64,000 bases of DNA. Origin: an uncultured Collinsella sp. (GTDB lineage Bacteria; Actinomycetota; Coriobacteriia; Coriobacteriales; Coriobacteriaceae). The translations under genes and the position numbers were made by a program. The stretch covers positions 3,736 through 67,735 of the forward strand of contig URSP01000001.1 in assembly GCA_900550515.1 (NCBI GenBank). Reading direction: 5' to 3'. Below the pieces are notes generated by a model. The model saw nothing but the letters and a program-made list of their open reading frames with translations, made no database searches and was not told the DNA's origin. Position 1 is the first letter of the stretch; the number at the start of each line of letters is the position of its first letter. Shown here in pieces: positions 48,976-62,516 of this stretch.

Positions 48976-49623
48976 ATGACCGTCACCTACGATGCGTCCC
49001 GTGTGACGCTTGTCGATCACCCGCTCGTCCAGCACAAGCTGTCGATCCTGCGCGACAAAAACACCGGCACCTACCAGTTCCGTCAGCTCGTGCGCGAACT
49101 CGCACTTTTTGACGGCTACGAGGCCATGCGCGACCTGCCTATGGAAGACGTCGAGGTCGAGACCCCCATCACTACCGCCACGTTCAAACAGCTCGCCGGC
49201 AAGAAACTCGCCATCGTGCCCATCCTGCGTGCGGGCCTTGGCATGGTCGACGGCATTCTCGACCTGGTGCCCTCCGCTCGCGTGGGCCACATCGGCATGG
49301 AGCGCGACGAGGTCACCCACGAGCCGCACGAGTATTACTGCAAGATGCCCAAGGATATCGACCAGCGCATCTGCCTGGTCGTCGACCCCATGCTCGCCAC
49401 GGGCGGTTCGGCCGAGATGGCCATTAGCTACCTGCGCGAGCGCGGTGTCAAGGACATCCGCATGCTGTGCATCGTCGCCGCGCCCGAGGGCCTCAAGTCA
49501 CTGACCGAAAAGGACCCCGACGTACATATTTATACGTGCGCCATCGACGACCAACTCAACGAGGCCGCCTACATCGTTCCCGGCCTCGGCGACGCCGGCG
49601 ACCGCATCTACGGCACGCTGTAA
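48976..49623 (+). CDS. upp: Uracil phosphoribosyltransferase
   Basis: [18 protein letters not shown] and [12 protein letters not shown]. Confidence 0.97.
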   Translation: MTVTYDASRVTLVDHPLVQHKLSILRDKNTGTYQFRQLVRELALFDGYEAMRDLPMEDVEVETPITTATFKQLAGKKLAIVPILRAGLGMVDGILDLVPSARVGHIGMERDEVTHEPHEYYCKMPKDIDQRICLVVDPMLATGGSAEMAISYLRERGVKDIRMLCIVAAPEGLKSLTEKDPDVHIYTCAIDDQLNEAAYIVPGLGDAGDRIYGTL

Positions 49624-49905
49624 TCTCTGGGCCATACCGGCTAACGTCGAAAATACGAAGAAATGGTGCGCGCGGGCGAGCAAAAGACGTCCACGCGCGC
49701 TCCTGTTAACGGACGTTTTGCCCTGCAGGGTTCGAGAAAAACGTATTACCGTACCTGCGGCATAAAGAAGGTCTTAAGAAAACGAACAGGTGCGTATTAA
49801 CCGATGCTTTTTCGGTTGTACTTTAGCGATTGGCTCGTACAATAGTCACCAATGTTTGGCGGGAACTGTTCTGTGAGGCGTTAAAAAAGGAAAGTGAGGA
49901 CGCCA

Positions 49906-50217
49906 ATGTTTCAGATAGCCGATCTGCTCGCTATCGTTGCAGGCGCCATCGCGGGCGCAATTGCCTTCCTTCCCTTTGTCTTTACGCTCAAGCCGGTTCT
50001 TGACGATAAACAGAATGCGGACATGCTCAAGGGTATGGTGAGTCTGGCGGTCTCGGCAATCGCCCTGCTCGTCTTTACCTTGGTTGTGTTTGTGTTGTTC
50101 GGAGAGGCATTTCGCATGTTCCTCCTGGGCGAGGCGATCGGCTTCGTGGCCTTTATGGCCGCCTGCGCGGTTCGCGTCGCCAAGGCGCTGCGAGATCCTC
50201 ATGAGGTCGAAAGGTAA
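49906..50217 (+). CDS. Small membrane protein at the AtpI position
   Basis: Three hydrophobic helices, immediately upstream of atpB. Confidence 0.6.
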   Translation: MFQIADLLAIVAGAIAGAIAFLPFVFTLKPVLDDKQNADMLKGMVSLAVSAIALLVFTLVVFVLFGEAFRMFLLGEAIGFVAFMAACAVRVAKALRDPHEVER

Positions 50218-50220
50218 GTC

Positions 50221-51024
50221 GTGGAAATTTTTGAAAAGCTGCCTGATGAGATTAATCATCTGGTCAGCGAGTTCAGCTCCACCCCTGTCGTGGGCGATCT
50301 GAGCTGCGGCATCACGCAGTACTCGTTTTGGCTGATCGTCTCCACGATCGTGCTCCTGATCGTCCTGGCCGTGTTCAAGAAGAAGCAGACTTTGGTTCCC
50401 AAGGGCTTCTTCGTCAACGGTTTCGAGTACATCATCGAGTACGTCGAGAACGATATCGGCAAGGGCGTCGTGGGCGAGAACTGGAAGAAGCACTTCCCGT
50501 TCCTGTGCTCGCTTTTCCTGTTCATCCTGATCAACAACATGATCGGCCTGATTCCGGGAATGAAGCCCGGCACCGGCGCAATCGGCTCCACCGCCGCGCT
50601 CGCCATCTTCGCCTTCGTGTACTTCATCTACTACGGATGCAAGGCTCACGGCGTGATCGGCTACATCAAGAGCCTCGCCCCGCAGGGCGTGAGCTTCCCG
50701 ATGAACGTGCTCGTGTGGGTCGTCGAGCTTTTCTCGACCTTCCTGCGCCTCATCACGCTCGCCGTCCGTCTGTTCTGCAACATGTTCGCAGGACACGTGG
50801 TCATGGGCTCGTTCGCCATCATGGCGAGCATGTTCATGCAGCCGCTGCTTCAGCAGGTTTCCGCGGCCCACGCCGTCGGCGCCCTGCCTTCGCTGGCCTG
50901 GCTTGCCATCCTCATCCTGATCTATGCGATCGAGCTTGTGGTCGGCGCCATCCAGGCTTACGTCTTCACGGTCCTTACCGCCGTGTATGTCTCCGAGGCA
51001 GAGGAGGTCGCGGAGGAGGAGTAG
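50221..51024 (+). CDS. atpB: ATP synthase Fo subunit a
   Basis: LAVRLFCNMFAGH and IQAYVF. Confidence 0.95.
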   Translation: MEIFEKLPDEINHLVSEFSSTPVVGDLSCGITQYSFWLIVSTIVLLIVLAVFKKKQTLVPKGFFVNGFEYIIEYVENDIGKGVVGENWKKHFPFLCSLFLFILINNMIGLIPGMKPGTGAIGSTAALAIFAFVYFIYYGCKAHGVIGYIKSLAPQGVSFPMNVLVWVVELFSTFLRLITLAVRLFCNMFAGHVVMGSFAIMASMFMQPLLQQVSAAHAVGALPSLAWLAILILIYAIELVVGAIQAYVFTVLTAVYVSEAEEVAEEE

Positions 51025-51148
51025 TCTTCCGTTCGCGCCTTAAAGGTAAGGCAATTCGTTAAACCGCCGGTGCCCGTACCCATGGAGCCCGGCAGTTATA
51101 AAAAGGTTATCCTGCGTGAAATAAGACACGCACGACAAAGGAGGAATC

Positions 51149-51343
51149 GTGGGAGTTATCGGTTACGGTCTCGGTGTTATCGGCGCTGGTCTTGCTATCG
51201 GCCTGTCTGCTCTGGGTGCTACGGGTGCTATGGCCCGTCAGCCTGAGGTCCAGGGCCGCGTGTTCACCGTCTTCATCATGGGCTCCGCCTTCGGCGAGGC
51301 TCTGGCTCTGATCGGCTTCGTTGTCGCGCTGATCGTTAAATAG
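51149..51343 (+). CDS. atpE: ATP synthase Fo subunit c
   Basis: GxGxxG, ARQPE loop, catalytic Glu in FGEAL; AGGAGG RBS with GTG start. Confidence 0.95.
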   Translation: MGVIGYGLGVIGAGLAIGLSALGATGAMARQPEVQGRVFTVFIMGSAFGEALALIGFVVALIVK

Positions 51344-51358
51344 CACGGAGCGTCAAGT

Positions 51359-51961
51359 ATGAATCTTTCATCCCAGAAGAGCGCGATCGCACTCTCCGCG
51401 TTCGCGGCCGCGCTGCTCATGCCGGTTTCCGCGTTCGCCGAGGACGGCGCCGCCGGTGCGGACATCCTCATCCCTAAGATGGCGGAGTTCATCCCGGCGC
51501 TTATCGCCTTCCTGATTATCTGGATCGTGCTGGCCAAGGTCGCCCTGCCGGGCATCATGAAAACCATGGAGGAGCGCGGCAAGAAGATCGAGGAGAGCCT
51601 CGACGAGGCCGAGAAGACCAAGCAGGAGGCTATCGCCAAGCGCTCTGAGTCCGACTCGATCGTCACCGACGCCCGTCGTCAGGCTGCCGACATTGTTCTC
51701 GAGGCCCGTAAGGACGCCGAGTCCGAGCGCGCCCGTATCATCGAGGCTGCTCACGAGGAGGCCGAGGAGATCATCGCCAAGGCTCATACGACCGTCGAGG
51801 ACGAGCGCAAGTCCATCTACGCCGGTGCCGCGAGCTCCATCGCCGACCTGTCCGTTGCCGTCGCCACCAAGATCGTGGGCGAGGCACTCGAGGACGAGGC
51901 CGAGCAGAAGAAGCTCATCGAGCGCTACATCCAGGAAGCAGGTAGCCTGAATGCCGACTAG
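51359..51961 (+). CDS. atpF: ATP synthase Fo subunit b
   Basis: TM helix followed by P.I...MEER..KI coiled coil. Confidence 0.92.
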   Translation: MNLSSQKSAIALSAFAAALLMPVSAFAEDGAAGADILIPKMAEFIPALIAFLIIWIVLAKVALPGIMKTMEERGKKIEESLDEAEKTKQEAIAKRSESDSIVTDARRQAADIVLEARKDAESERARIIEAAHEEAEEIIAKAHTTVEDERKSIYAGAASSIADLSVAVATKIVGEALEDEAEQKKLIERYIQEAGSLNAD

Positions 51962-52427
51962 CCGCTATCAGGACAAGGTGCTCGAGACCTACGCGCGCTC
52001 CCTTCTGGAAGCCGCTAAGGCCGAGAACCATGTGTTCGAGGACCTCGAGATGATCGAGCGCCTGGCTTCTGCCAGCCCCGAGATCATCGCCGTGCTCGAC
52101 ACCATGTCCAAGCGCGACCAGCTCGACCTTCTTCCCAAGGTGGCAGCTGCCTTTAAGTATGTTGCCGAGGAAGACGAGGATGTAGTGGGCGTGACCGTCA
52201 CCACGGCGATCCCGCTCGACGACGAGCTGCGTCAAACCATCACTAAGAAATGCGAGCAGGACTTCGGCCGCAAGGTATTCCTTATCGAGCAGGTTGACCC
52301 GTCTATCGTGGGCGGCCTGGTGCTCGAGGCCCGCGGCGAGCGTCGTGACATTTCCGTCAAGACGCAGCTGCGCATCGCGCAGGAGACCCTCGTAAACTCT
52401 GCTAATTCGTACGGAGGTGAAGCCTAA
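51951..52427 (+). CDS. atpH: ATP synthase F1 delta
   Basis: YARSL, TTAIPL and VDPSIVGG. Confidence 0.88.
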   Translation: MPTSRYQDKVLETYARSLLEAAKAENHVFEDLEMIERLASASPEIIAVLDTMSKRDQLDLLPKVAAAFKYVAEEDEDVVGVTVTTAIPLDDELRQTITKKCEQDFGRKVFLIEQVDPSIVGGLVLEARGERRDISVKTQLRIAQETLVNSANSYGGEA

Positions 52428-54025
52428 TGTCCGAAACCCTCAATGCCCAGGATATCGCCAAGAAACTGCAGGAGCAGCTCACGAGCCTCTCCGCGACGGT
52501 CGATACGCATGAGGTTTCAACGGTCGACGAGGTAGGCGACGGCATCGCGCGCGTCTCCGGCCTCAAGAGCGCCATGGCAGGCGAGCTTCTGGAGTTCAAG
52601 AGCTCCGATACCGGTGAGACCGTCTTCGGCCTTGCCCAGAACCTTGACCGTGACGAGGTCGGCGCCGTTCTGTTCGGTGCCGTCGACTCCATCAAGGAAG
52701 GCGACGAGTGCCGCACCACTGGCCGCGTTATGGATATCCCCGTGAGCCGTGCCATGCTCGGCCGCGTCGTCAATCCGCTCGGCCAGCCCATCGACGGCCT
52801 GGGCGACATCGTCGCCACGCACCGTCGCCCCATCGAGTTCAAGGCTCCCGGCGTCATCGATCGTACCCCGGTGTGCGAGCCGGTTCAGACCGGTCTGCTC
52901 GCTATCGACTCCATGGTGCCTATTGGCCGCGGTCAGCGTGAGCTCATCATCGGCGACCGTAAGACCGGTAAGACCGCCATCGCCATCGACGCTATCCTCA
53001 ACCAGCGCGGCAAGGGCATGGTCTGCATCTATGTCGCCATCGGCCAGAAGGCCTCCACGGTTGCCAACATCCGTGAGACCCTCGCTCAGCACGGTGCGCT
53101 CGACTACACCATCATCGTTTCGGCCACTGCTGCCGATTCCGCCCCTATGCAGTACATCGCGCCTATGGCCGGTGCCGCTATTGGCGAGTTCTTCATGTAC
53201 AACGGCGAGGACGGCAAGCCCGCCAGCGAGACCAACCCCGGCGGCCACGTGCTCGTCATCTACGACGACCTGTCCAAGCAGGCTGTGGCCTACCGTCAGA
53301 TGTCGCTGACGCTGCATCGTCCGCCCGGACGCGAGGCCTATCCTGGCGACATCTTCTACCTGCACTCTCGTCTGCTCGAGCGTGCCGTCAAGATGTCCAA
53401 GAAGAACGGCTACGGCTCCATGACGGCACTGCCGATCATCGAGACCCAGGACGGCGACGTCTCGGCCTACATTCCGACCAACGTCATTTCCATTACCGAT
53501 GGTCAGATCTACCTGCAGTCCGAGCTCTTCTTCCAGGGTCAGCGCCCGGCAGTCGACGTGGGTATCTCCGTGTCCCGCGTCGGTGGCGATGCGCAGACCA
53601 AGGCCATGAAGCAGGTCGCCGGCAACCTTCGTCTGGACCTCGCTTCCTATCAGGAGCTCGCTGGCTTTACGCAGTTCGGCTCCGACCTCGACGAGGCTAC
53701 TCAGAAGCAGCTGACCCACGGTGCTCGCATGACCGAGCTCCTGAAGCAGCCGCGTTACAAGCCGTTTGAGGTTGGCGAGCAGATCGTTACGCTGTTCGCT
53801 GGCAACGAGGGCTTCCTGGATGACCTGGAGATCGCCGACGTGCTGCCCTTCCGTGCCGAGCTCATCGAGTACATGGACAATGGCTTTGGCTCGCTGCTCG
53901 ACAAGGTTCGCGCCAAGAAGATCGATGATGACACCAAGGCTGAGCTCTTGCGCGTCATCGGCGACTTCAAGCAGCAGTTCATGGCCAAGCACCATTCGGA
54001 TGTTTCTGGATCAGAGGAGAACTAA
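52427..54025 (+). CDS. atpA: ATP synthase F1 alpha
   Basis: GDRKTGKT and [10 protein letters not shown]. Confidence 0.98.
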   Translation: MSETLNAQDIAKKLQEQLTSLSATVDTHEVSTVDEVGDGIARVSGLKSAMAGELLEFKSSDTGETVFGLAQNLDRDEVGAVLFGAVDSIKEGDECRTTGRVMDIPVSRAMLGRVVNPLGQPIDGLGDIVATHRRPIEFKAPGVIDRTPVCEPVQTGLLAIDSMVPIGRGQRELIIGDRKTGKTAIAIDAILNQRGKGMVCIYVAIGQKASTVANIRETLAQHGALDYTIIVSATAADSAPMQYIAPMAGAAIGEFFMYNGEDGKPASETNPGGHVLVIYDDLSKQAVAYRQMSLTLHRPPGREAYPGDIFYLHSRLLERAVKMSKKNGYGSMTALPIIETQDGDVSAYIPTNVISITDGQIYLQSELFFQGQRPAVDVGISVSRVGGDAQTKAMKQVAGNLRLDLASYQELAGFTQFGSDLDEATQKQLTHGARMTELLKQPRYKPFEVGEQIVTLFAGNEGFLDDLEIADVLPFRAELIEYMDNGFGSLLDKVRAKKIDDDTKAELLRVIGDFKQQFMAKHHSDVSGSEEN

Positions 54026-54030
54026 GCCCC

Positions 54031-56393
<2,363 letters not shown>

Positions 56394-56396
56394 GTT

Positions 56397-56789
56397 ATGC
56401 GTATCCGCATCGTGTGCCCCGTGAGCTGCGCCTATGAGGGCGACGCTGCGTTTGTGTCGATTCCGTCCACGGATGGCGAGTTTGGCGTCCTGCCTGCTCA
56501 CTCCAGCGAGATCTGCACGATCGACCGCGGTTACGTTCGCGTTTCCGATAAGGCCATGGGCACTGTCGACCACACGTTTGCCGTGGCCGGCGGCTATGCC
56601 CAGGTTGCGGACGATGTCGTGACCGTTCTCGCCGAGCGCGCTTGCGATTTGGCGACCGTCGATGCCGACAAGCTTAAAGCTGATATTCAAGGTTTTGAAG
56701 AGAAGCTGGGTAATTTGTCGGAGGATGATGCACGCCGCGCCTACCTCTATAATGAAATCGCATGGTGTAAGCTCAAGCTTGCCCAATAG
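56397..56789 (+). CDS. atpC: ATP synthase F1 epsilon
   Basis: GEFGVLPAH and AVAGG. Confidence 0.93.
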   Translation: MRIRIVCPVSCAYEGDAAFVSIPSTDGEFGVLPAHSSEICTIDRGYVRVSDKAMGTVDHTFAVAGGYAQVADDVVTVLAERACDLATVDADKLKADIQGFEEKLGNLSEDDARRAYLYNEIAWCKLKLAQ

Positions 56790-56825
56790 TCAAACGATTT
56801 AGCGTTCGACCATTTGCGAACACAT

Positions 56826-56864
56826 CATGCCCGGGATGGCCCAGCCATCCCGGGCATGCTTTTT
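56826..56864 (+). terminator. Intrinsic terminator after the atp operon
   Basis: CATGCCCGGGATGGC-CCA-GCCATCCCGGGCATG followed by CTTTTT. Confidence 0.8.
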
Positions 56865-56877
56865 GAAAGGGTAGACC

Positions 56878-58161
56878 TTGGATATTATCCGCGTTGAGGG
56901 TGGCCACGCCATCGGAGGCTCCGTGCCCGTCTCGGGTGCCAAGAACTCCGCACTCAAACTCATGGCGGCAACGCTTCTGGCGCCGGGCAAGACGACGCTG
57001 CAGAACGTGCCCGATATTTCCGATGTCCACGTGATGGGCAAGGTGCTCAAGGGCATGGGCGCTACGATCGATGTTCTCGACGAGCACACGCTCGAGATTG
57101 ATACCTCTCAGGTCGATTCTTGGGAGGCCCCCTACGAGCTCGTTGCCAAGATGCGTGCTTCCACCGCCGTGATGGGACCCCTGCTGGGTCGCTTCCATCG
57201 CGCCAAGATCGCCATGCCGGGCGGCTGCAACCTGGGTGCTCGCAAGATCGATATGCACATTCTTGGTCTTGAGGCCCTGGGCGTTGAGTTCGATACCGCC
57301 CACGGTTACATCAACGCTAATGCGCCCCAAGGTCTGCGTGGTACCACCGTCACGCTCGAGTTCGCCAGCGTCGGTGCGACCGAGAACCTCATCATGGCCT
57401 CTGTGCGCGCACAGGGCACCACGGTTATCGACAATGCCGCCCGCGAGCCCGAGATCGTCGATCTCGCCAACATGCTCAACGAGATGGGCGCTAAGATTGT
57501 CGGTGCCGGTACGCCTGTCGTGACCATCGAGGGCGTGGAAGAGCTGCATCCTGTTACCCATCGCGTAGTGGGCGACCGCATCGAGGCCGGTACCTTTATC
57601 GTTGCCGGTGCGTTGATGGCCGACGATCGCGGTGTCGATGTCACGGGCTTTTGCCCCATTCACTTGGGCATGGTGCTCAAGAAGATGGAGCTCATGGGTA
57701 TCGACTGTGAGCGCGTCGAGGATGGCGTCCATGTGAACCGTGCCGAGCGTATCAAGCCGGTCGACATCCAGACGCTTCCGTTCCCCGGTTTCCCGACTGA
57801 CATGCAGGCGCAGATTATGGTGCTCTCCGCCCTTGCCGACGGCAGTTCCGTTATTACCGAAAACATCTTCGAGAATCGCTTTATGTTTGCCTCTGAGCTG
57901 GTGCGCATGGGTGCCGACATTCGTATCGAGAGCCATCATGCCATGATTCATGGCGTCAAGGGCTTCTCGGGTGCACAGGTTACCTCGCCCGATCTGCGCG
58001 GCGGAGCGGCCCTCGTCGTAGCGGGCTTGATCGCCGACGGGACGACCGAGGTTTCGGCTATCCATCACATCAAGCGCGGCTACGAGCAGTTTGTCGAAAA
58101 GCTGCAGGCGCTCGGCGCGCATGTCGAGCATGCTACCGTCCCCGATCCCGTCATCTACTAA
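56878..58161 (+). CDS. murA: UDP-N-acetylglucosamine enolpyruvyl transferase
   Basis: SGAKN, MRAS, PGGCNLGAR, SVGATEN and PGFPTD. Confidence 0.97.
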   Translation: MDIIRVEGGHAIGGSVPVSGAKNSALKLMAATLLAPGKTTLQNVPDISDVHVMGKVLKGMGATIDVLDEHTLEIDTSQVDSWEAPYELVAKMRASTAVMGPLLGRFHRAKIAMPGGCNLGARKIDMHILGLEALGVEFDTAHGYINANAPQGLRGTTVTLEFASVGATENLIMASVRAQGTTVIDNAAREPEIVDLANMLNEMGAKIVGAGTPVVTIEGVEELHPVTHRVVGDRIEAGTFIVAGALMADDRGVDVTGFCPIHLGMVLKKMELMGIDCERVEDGVHVNRAERIKPVDIQTLPFPGFPTDMQAQIMVLSALADGSSVITENIFENRFMFASELVRMGADIRIESHHAMIHGVKGFSGAQVTSPDLRGGAALVVAGLIADGTTEVSAIHHIKRGYEQFVEKLQALGAHVEHATVPDPVIY

Positions 58162-58173
58162 TACAGGTTGCCT

Positions 58174-59409
58174 ATGTTTAATAAAAAGCCCCTCGCGGAT
58201 ACCACCACCCGAAGACCCTCAACTGGTGCGCAGGCCAAGATCTACAGTCGCGATAACGTGGCTCGCTATTCCGAGCGCGCTCGTCAACGTCGTCGTAGCC
58301 ACACGATTCGTCATGTCGCGCTCATTGTCGTGCTTGGCGTGCTGCTGAGTGCCACTACCGCTGCCGGCCTGTGGTTTGCCACCATTATGGGCAAGCTCGG
58401 CGATTCTAATGTCATTACCGACAATCTGCGTCGGGTTCTGGTTGACACCGATGAGGCAAAGGATCCGTTCTACGTGCTGCTTCTTGGCACCGATGGCCGT
58501 CCGGGCGAGGATACGTATCGTGCCGACTCGATTATCCTGGCACGCATCGATCCCACGCAAAAGCAGGCGACGCTCATTTCCGTTCCGCGCGACACCAAGG
58601 TCGAGTACAAGGGCGAGACCATGAAGATCAACGCCTGCCATACCGTTGGCGGCGCCGAGGCCATGGTCGAGGCGGTCAACGAGCTGTGCGGTGTTCAGAT
58701 TTCCCACTATGCCGAGGTCAGCTTCGACGGTATGCAGGCGCTGATTGATTCGGTTGGCGGTATCGACATTAACGCAACCGATGATGTTGACGACCCCGAG
58801 CACCTGGATATTAAGATTACCGCTGGCCAGCAGCATATGGACGGTGCCACCGCCCTTACCTATGCCCGCTGCCGCTACACCTATGCCGACGGCGATTACA
58901 CGCGCATGCGCCACCAGCGTCAGGTGCTTGGCGCCCTTGCCAACCAGATTCTCAATAACTTCGATGCCACGAAGATCTTTGGCCTGGTTAATTCGCTGTC
59001 CGATATGCTCGTAACCGATATGAGCGTTCAGGATATCGTGGCTACGGTCAACGCCATGCGCGGTATGGATGTCGACGGTATCTACTCGGCCAACCTGCCC
59101 TCGTACGCCGACGACAGCACCATGATCGACGGTGTGAGCTACGTCTTTGTCTACGAGGACGAGCTCAAGGAAATGATGGAGCGCGTCGACGCCGGCAAGG
59201 ACCCCAAGGGTCCCAACACCATGGGCCTTTCCGACGGTTCCAGCTCTACGATCGGCGACCTGAACAACAACACGTCTGACGACTACGCAAACGGTACCGC
59301 AACCTCATCGGTCAGCTCTGACGATTCCGATGACTCAAGCGATTCAAGCGATTCGGACTACTACGAAGAGCCCACCGGCGACGGCAACGGCTACGAAGCT
59401 AACTACTAG
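58174..59409 (+). CDS. LCP (LytR-CpsA-Psr) family protein
   Basis: TM helix; LLGTD, RADSI, SVPRD, KINA and D..RM..QR; acidic tail. Confidence 0.92.
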   Translation: MFNKKPLADTTTRRPSTGAQAKIYSRDNVARYSERARQRRRSHTIRHVALIVVLGVLLSATTAAGLWFATIMGKLGDSNVITDNLRRVLVDTDEAKDPFYVLLLGTDGRPGEDTYRADSIILARIDPTQKQATLISVPRDTKVEYKGETMKINACHTVGGAEAMVEAVNELCGVQISHYAEVSFDGMQALIDSVGGIDINATDDVDDPEHLDIKITAGQQHMDGATALTYARCRYTYADGDYTRMRHQRQVLGALANQILNNFDATKIFGLVNSLSDMLVTDMSVQDIVATVNAMRGMDVDGIYSANLPSYADDSTMIDGVSYVFVYEDELKEMMERVDAGKDPKGPNTMGLSDGSSSTIGDLNNNTSDDYANGTATSSVSSDDSDDSSDSSDSDYYEEPTGDGNGYEANY

Positions 59410-59410
59410 A

Positions 59411-59575
59411 GTTACGGCGTTTTACCAAACGCCGTAACGACTCGACGCTGCGCGCCGCCCAGAGCGACAATTTGTCATTCAAAAGGCAGGGCATGACCAG
59501 AAGGTCAATGCCCTGCCTTTTTCATGCCAACTTGTTCGCCTTGGACGTCGCTCGCTGACGTTGGCTCAACCTGCG
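59411..59575 (+). repeat. Structured element family B, copy 4
   Basis: GTTACGGCGTTT..AAACGCCGTAAC, CTCGACGCTGCGCG, AAAAGGCAGGGCAT-GACCAGAAGGTC-A-ATGCCCTGCCTTTT. Confidence 0.85.
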
Positions 59576-59598
59576 GTGCTGACTACTCCCCTTGCACC

Positions 59599-59640
59599 AA
59601 AAACCGCCCCGTTCTCGGTTTTGAGGACGGGGCGGTTTTG
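59599..59640. terminator. Bidirectional terminator between convergent LCP and pepT
   Basis: AAAACCGCCCCGT...ACGGGGCGGTTTT. Confidence 0.75.
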
Positions 59641-59663
59641 CTTACCTAGATTGTTCGAGTTCC

Positions 59664-60911
59664 CTATGCAAAGCGGGCGACGAGCTCCTGGAGCACGTCG
59701 GTCATCTTGACGAGCGAACTGACCGGGACGAACTCGTTGACGCCGTGGTAGCAATAGCCGCCGGTGGAAAGGTTGGGGCAGGGCAGACCGCGGAACGACA
59801 GCTGGGCGCCGTCGGTGCCGCCACGAATTGGCAGCACTTGGGGCTCAACGCCGCAGGCAAGGTAGGCTTCCTTGGCAACATCAATAAGCTCGGGATAGTC
59901 ACGAACGATCTCGGCCATATTTCGATACTGCTGCTTAATCTCGACCGTCACGCGCTCCTCACCCAGACGCTGGTTGAGCATCGAGGCGGCGGCATCAATA
60001 AGGTCGAGTTTCTGCTGGAACTTGGCGGCGTCATGGTCGCGGATGATATAGCGCGCTGTGGCGTGATCGACGGTCGCAGATACACCCTCAAGGTGATAAA
60101 AGCCCTCGTAGCCTTCCGTATACTCCGGGCGCTGCACGTAGGGGAGCAACGCGTTGAAGTCGCAGAACAGATTGCCTGCGTTGACCATACGGCCCTTAGC
60201 GTCGCCCGGGTGGATGGACTGGCCCTCAAAGCGGACGGTCGCCTCGGCGGCGTTAAAGCACTCCCACTCCAGCTCGCCGATGGGGCCGCCGTCGACCGTG
60301 TAGGCGTACTTGCAGCCAAAGGTATCGATATCCAACAGCTCGGCTCCGTGGCCGATCTCCTCGTCAGGGCAGAAGCAAATGCCGAGTGCGGGATGGGGCA
60401 GAGAAGGGTCCTGAGCGATACGCGCGACAAGCGACATGATCTCAGCGACGCCCGCCTTGTCGTCTGCGCCCAGCAGCGTGGTGCCATCGCTGCAGACCAG
60501 GTCCTCACCCGCGAGGTCGTTCAGGGCGGGAAGCTTGGCGGTACTCATGGCAACGGGTTTACCGTCAACCGTGCCGCAGACCAGGTTACCGCCTTCGTAG
60601 TGCACGATGTGCGGCTTCACGCCGGCGCCCGGTGCAACTTCGGTGGTGTCGAGATGGGCGATCAGGCCCAGGGCGGGCTTGTCCTCAGCGCCCGCACTTG
60701 CGGGGATATGCGCGCAGACATAGGCGTGCTCGGTCACGTGGGCATCTTCCGCACCAAGCTCGCGCAGCTCTTCAGCCAGCACGTTGGCAAGGTCAAACTG
60801 AACGGCGCTCGAGGGTACCTGGTCGCAGTTTGCATCCTCGGACTGCGTGTTGATCTGGACGTAGCGCAAAAAGCGCTCGAGGACATCGGGGTTCGTGGTG
60901 GTGTTTTCCAT
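59664..60911 (-). CDS. pepT: Peptidase T
   Basis: ERFLRYV, AHLDT, LGADDKAG, PDEEIG and IRGGTDG. Confidence 0.95.
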   Translation of the reverse strand: MENTTTNPDVLERFLRYVQINTQSEDANCDQVPSSAVQFDLANVLAEELRELGAEDAHVTEHAYVCAHIPASAGAEDKPALGLIAHLDTTEVAPGAGVKPHIVHYEGGNLVCGTVDGKPVAMSTAKLPALNDLAGEDLVCSDGTTLLGADDKAGVAEIMSLVARIAQDPSLPHPALGICFCPDEEIGHGAELLDIDTFGCKYAYTVDGGPIGELEWECFNAAEATVRFEGQSIHPGDAKGRMVNAGNLFCDFNALLPYVQRPEYTEGYEGFYHLEGVSATVDHATARYIIRDHDAAKFQQKLDLIDAAASMLNQRLGEERVTVEIKQQYRNMAEIVRDYPELIDVAKEAYLACGVEPQVLPIRGGTDGAQLSFRGLPCPNLSTGGYCYHGVNEFVPVSSLVKMTDVLQELVARFA

Positions 60912-61031
60912 AAAGACCGCTCCAATCTTGGTCGTCGTGTGCAACAAGAACTCTAGCACGGTATGCCACGGCATACCGCGACGCTTGGATGGGGTAGAAT
61001 CAGCCATTGAATGCAGAAGGGACGGAAGATC

Positions 61032-61454
61032 ATGGATACGACAATTAGCTCGCGCGAACTACATCTGACGGTGGCGAACGAAGACTACTTGGAGTGCATG
61101 GTTCGCATTGAAAGCGAAGAGGGGGAAACCAACGGCGTGCGATCGGTCGACATCGCGCAGCGCCTTGGCGTCTCCAAGGCATCGGTCAATAAAGCGGTTT
61201 CGGCGCTCAAGGCATCCGAGCTTGTCGAGCAATCGCACTACGGCAAGGTAATCCTGACCGATCGCGGTCGCGAGGTTGGCACGGCTATCTGGTACCGTCA
61301 TCGCCTCATCCGCACGTTTTTGGTTCAGGAGCTCGGTGTCGAATTTGAGCGAGCCGATTCCGAGGCCTGCATGATGGAGCATGCGCTTTCCGAGGACACG
61401 ATGAACCGCTGGCTCGCCTATCTCGAAAAGCAGGGAATCAGCGTCGAGGAATAG
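61032..61454 (+). CDS. DtxR/MntR metal-dependent regulator
   Basis: EDYLE, DIA.RLGVSKASV, RH and EAC.MEH. Confidence 0.9.
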   Translation: MDTTISSRELHLTVANEDYLECMVRIESEEGETNGVRSVDIAQRLGVSKASVNKAVSALKASELVEQSHYGKVILTDRGREVGTAIWYRHRLIRTFLVQELGVEFERADSEACMMEHALSEDTMNRWLAYLEKQGISVEE

Positions 61455-61464
61455 CGGGATATAT

Positions 61465-62358
61465 ATGGATACGAGTTATTACAACCGCTTTGGTGCCGAG
61501 GAACTTGCGCGCCGCTTGTCGAGCGAGACCTTGTTGGCGCAGGGCCCCATGGGCAGTGTTCTGTTGAGTGAGTACGATGCCGCCGACATTCCACCGGCGT
61601 TTTGGAATCTGGCAGAGCCGCAGACCGTTTCTCGTATCCATCGCTTGTATGTCGCCGCCGGCGCGCAGGTGCTCATTACCAACACCTTTCAGGCATCGAG
61701 CTATGCCCTCAAGCACGACCAGATTGCGCCGTCCGTGGCGGAGGTCAATCGCGGGGCTGTCGACGATGCCCGCCAGGCGCACCCTCAGCTGCTGCTAGGC
61801 TCGATGGGCCCGATCGGTATTGAGTGGTTTGCCGAGGACTCTGCCGAGTATCGTGAAATCCGAGGCATTGCGCGCGAACAGGCGCACGCCTTGCTCAACG
61901 CCGGCGTTGACGGTCTGTTGATCGAGACGGTGACGTCTATCCGTAATTTGCAGCCCATGCTTGCCGGCGCCCGAGATGCCGCCGATGGCATGCCTGTTCT
62001 GGTGAGTTTTGTCGTTGACGATAAAGGCGACCTGTTGGGCGATGGCCTCAACATCGAGGCAGCCGTTTTGTACGCCGAAAAACACGGCGCAAACTCGGTT
62101 GGTGTTAATTGCTGTTCGCTTGCGGCCGCGAATGCGGCGGTGCCCAGGATGGTTGCATCGGCGACTACTCCCGTTACGGTGCGTCCCAACGTAGGCGATC
62201 CGGTCCAGACTCAGGATGGCCCCGTATGGCACGAGAATCCCGAAGCTTTCGCGCGCGCATGCATCGAATGGAGGCATGCCGGTGCCGCAATGGTGGGCAG
62301 TTGCTGTGGAACCACGGCAATCACTACGGCAGCGATGGCCGAGGCGCTCGATATATAA
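61465..62358 (+). CDS. Homocysteine S-methyltransferase family
   Basis: H..YV.AGA....TNTF, GVNC, PN.G and GSCCGT. Confidence 0.85.
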   Translation: MDTSYYNRFGAEELARRLSSETLLAQGPMGSVLLSEYDAADIPPAFWNLAEPQTVSRIHRLYVAAGAQVLITNTFQASSYALKHDQIAPSVAEVNRGAVDDARQAHPQLLLGSMGPIGIEWFAEDSAEYREIRGIAREQAHALLNAGVDGLLIETVTSIRNLQPMLAGARDAADGMPVLVSFVVDDKGDLLGDGLNIEAAVLYAEKHGANSVGVNCCSLAAANAAVPRMVASATTPVTVRPNVGDPVQTQDGPVWHENPEAFARACIEWRHAGAAMVGSCCGTTAITTAAMAEALDI

Positions 62359-62363
62359 AGGGC

Positions 62364-62393
62364 AAAACCGCTCCATACGGGGCGGTTTTTTTA
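62364..62393 (+). terminator. Intrinsic terminator
   Basis: AAAACCGCTC..GGGCGGTTTTTT. Confidence 0.7.
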
Positions 62394-62516
62394 TTGCTTG
62401 CATGTCCTCGGCAGCATTTGCCCAAATGGTGAATGCTGGTGCCGGCAGGTTGCTGAGTGCGTGTTGCGGGTATACCTCACGCGTACCATGATCCAAACAC
62501 TGTGAGGTGTCTGCGC

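Noticed and set aside
57215..57245. Fosfomycin-resistant MurA variant
   Set aside because: The active-site Cys is retained (GGCNLGAR), not Asp.
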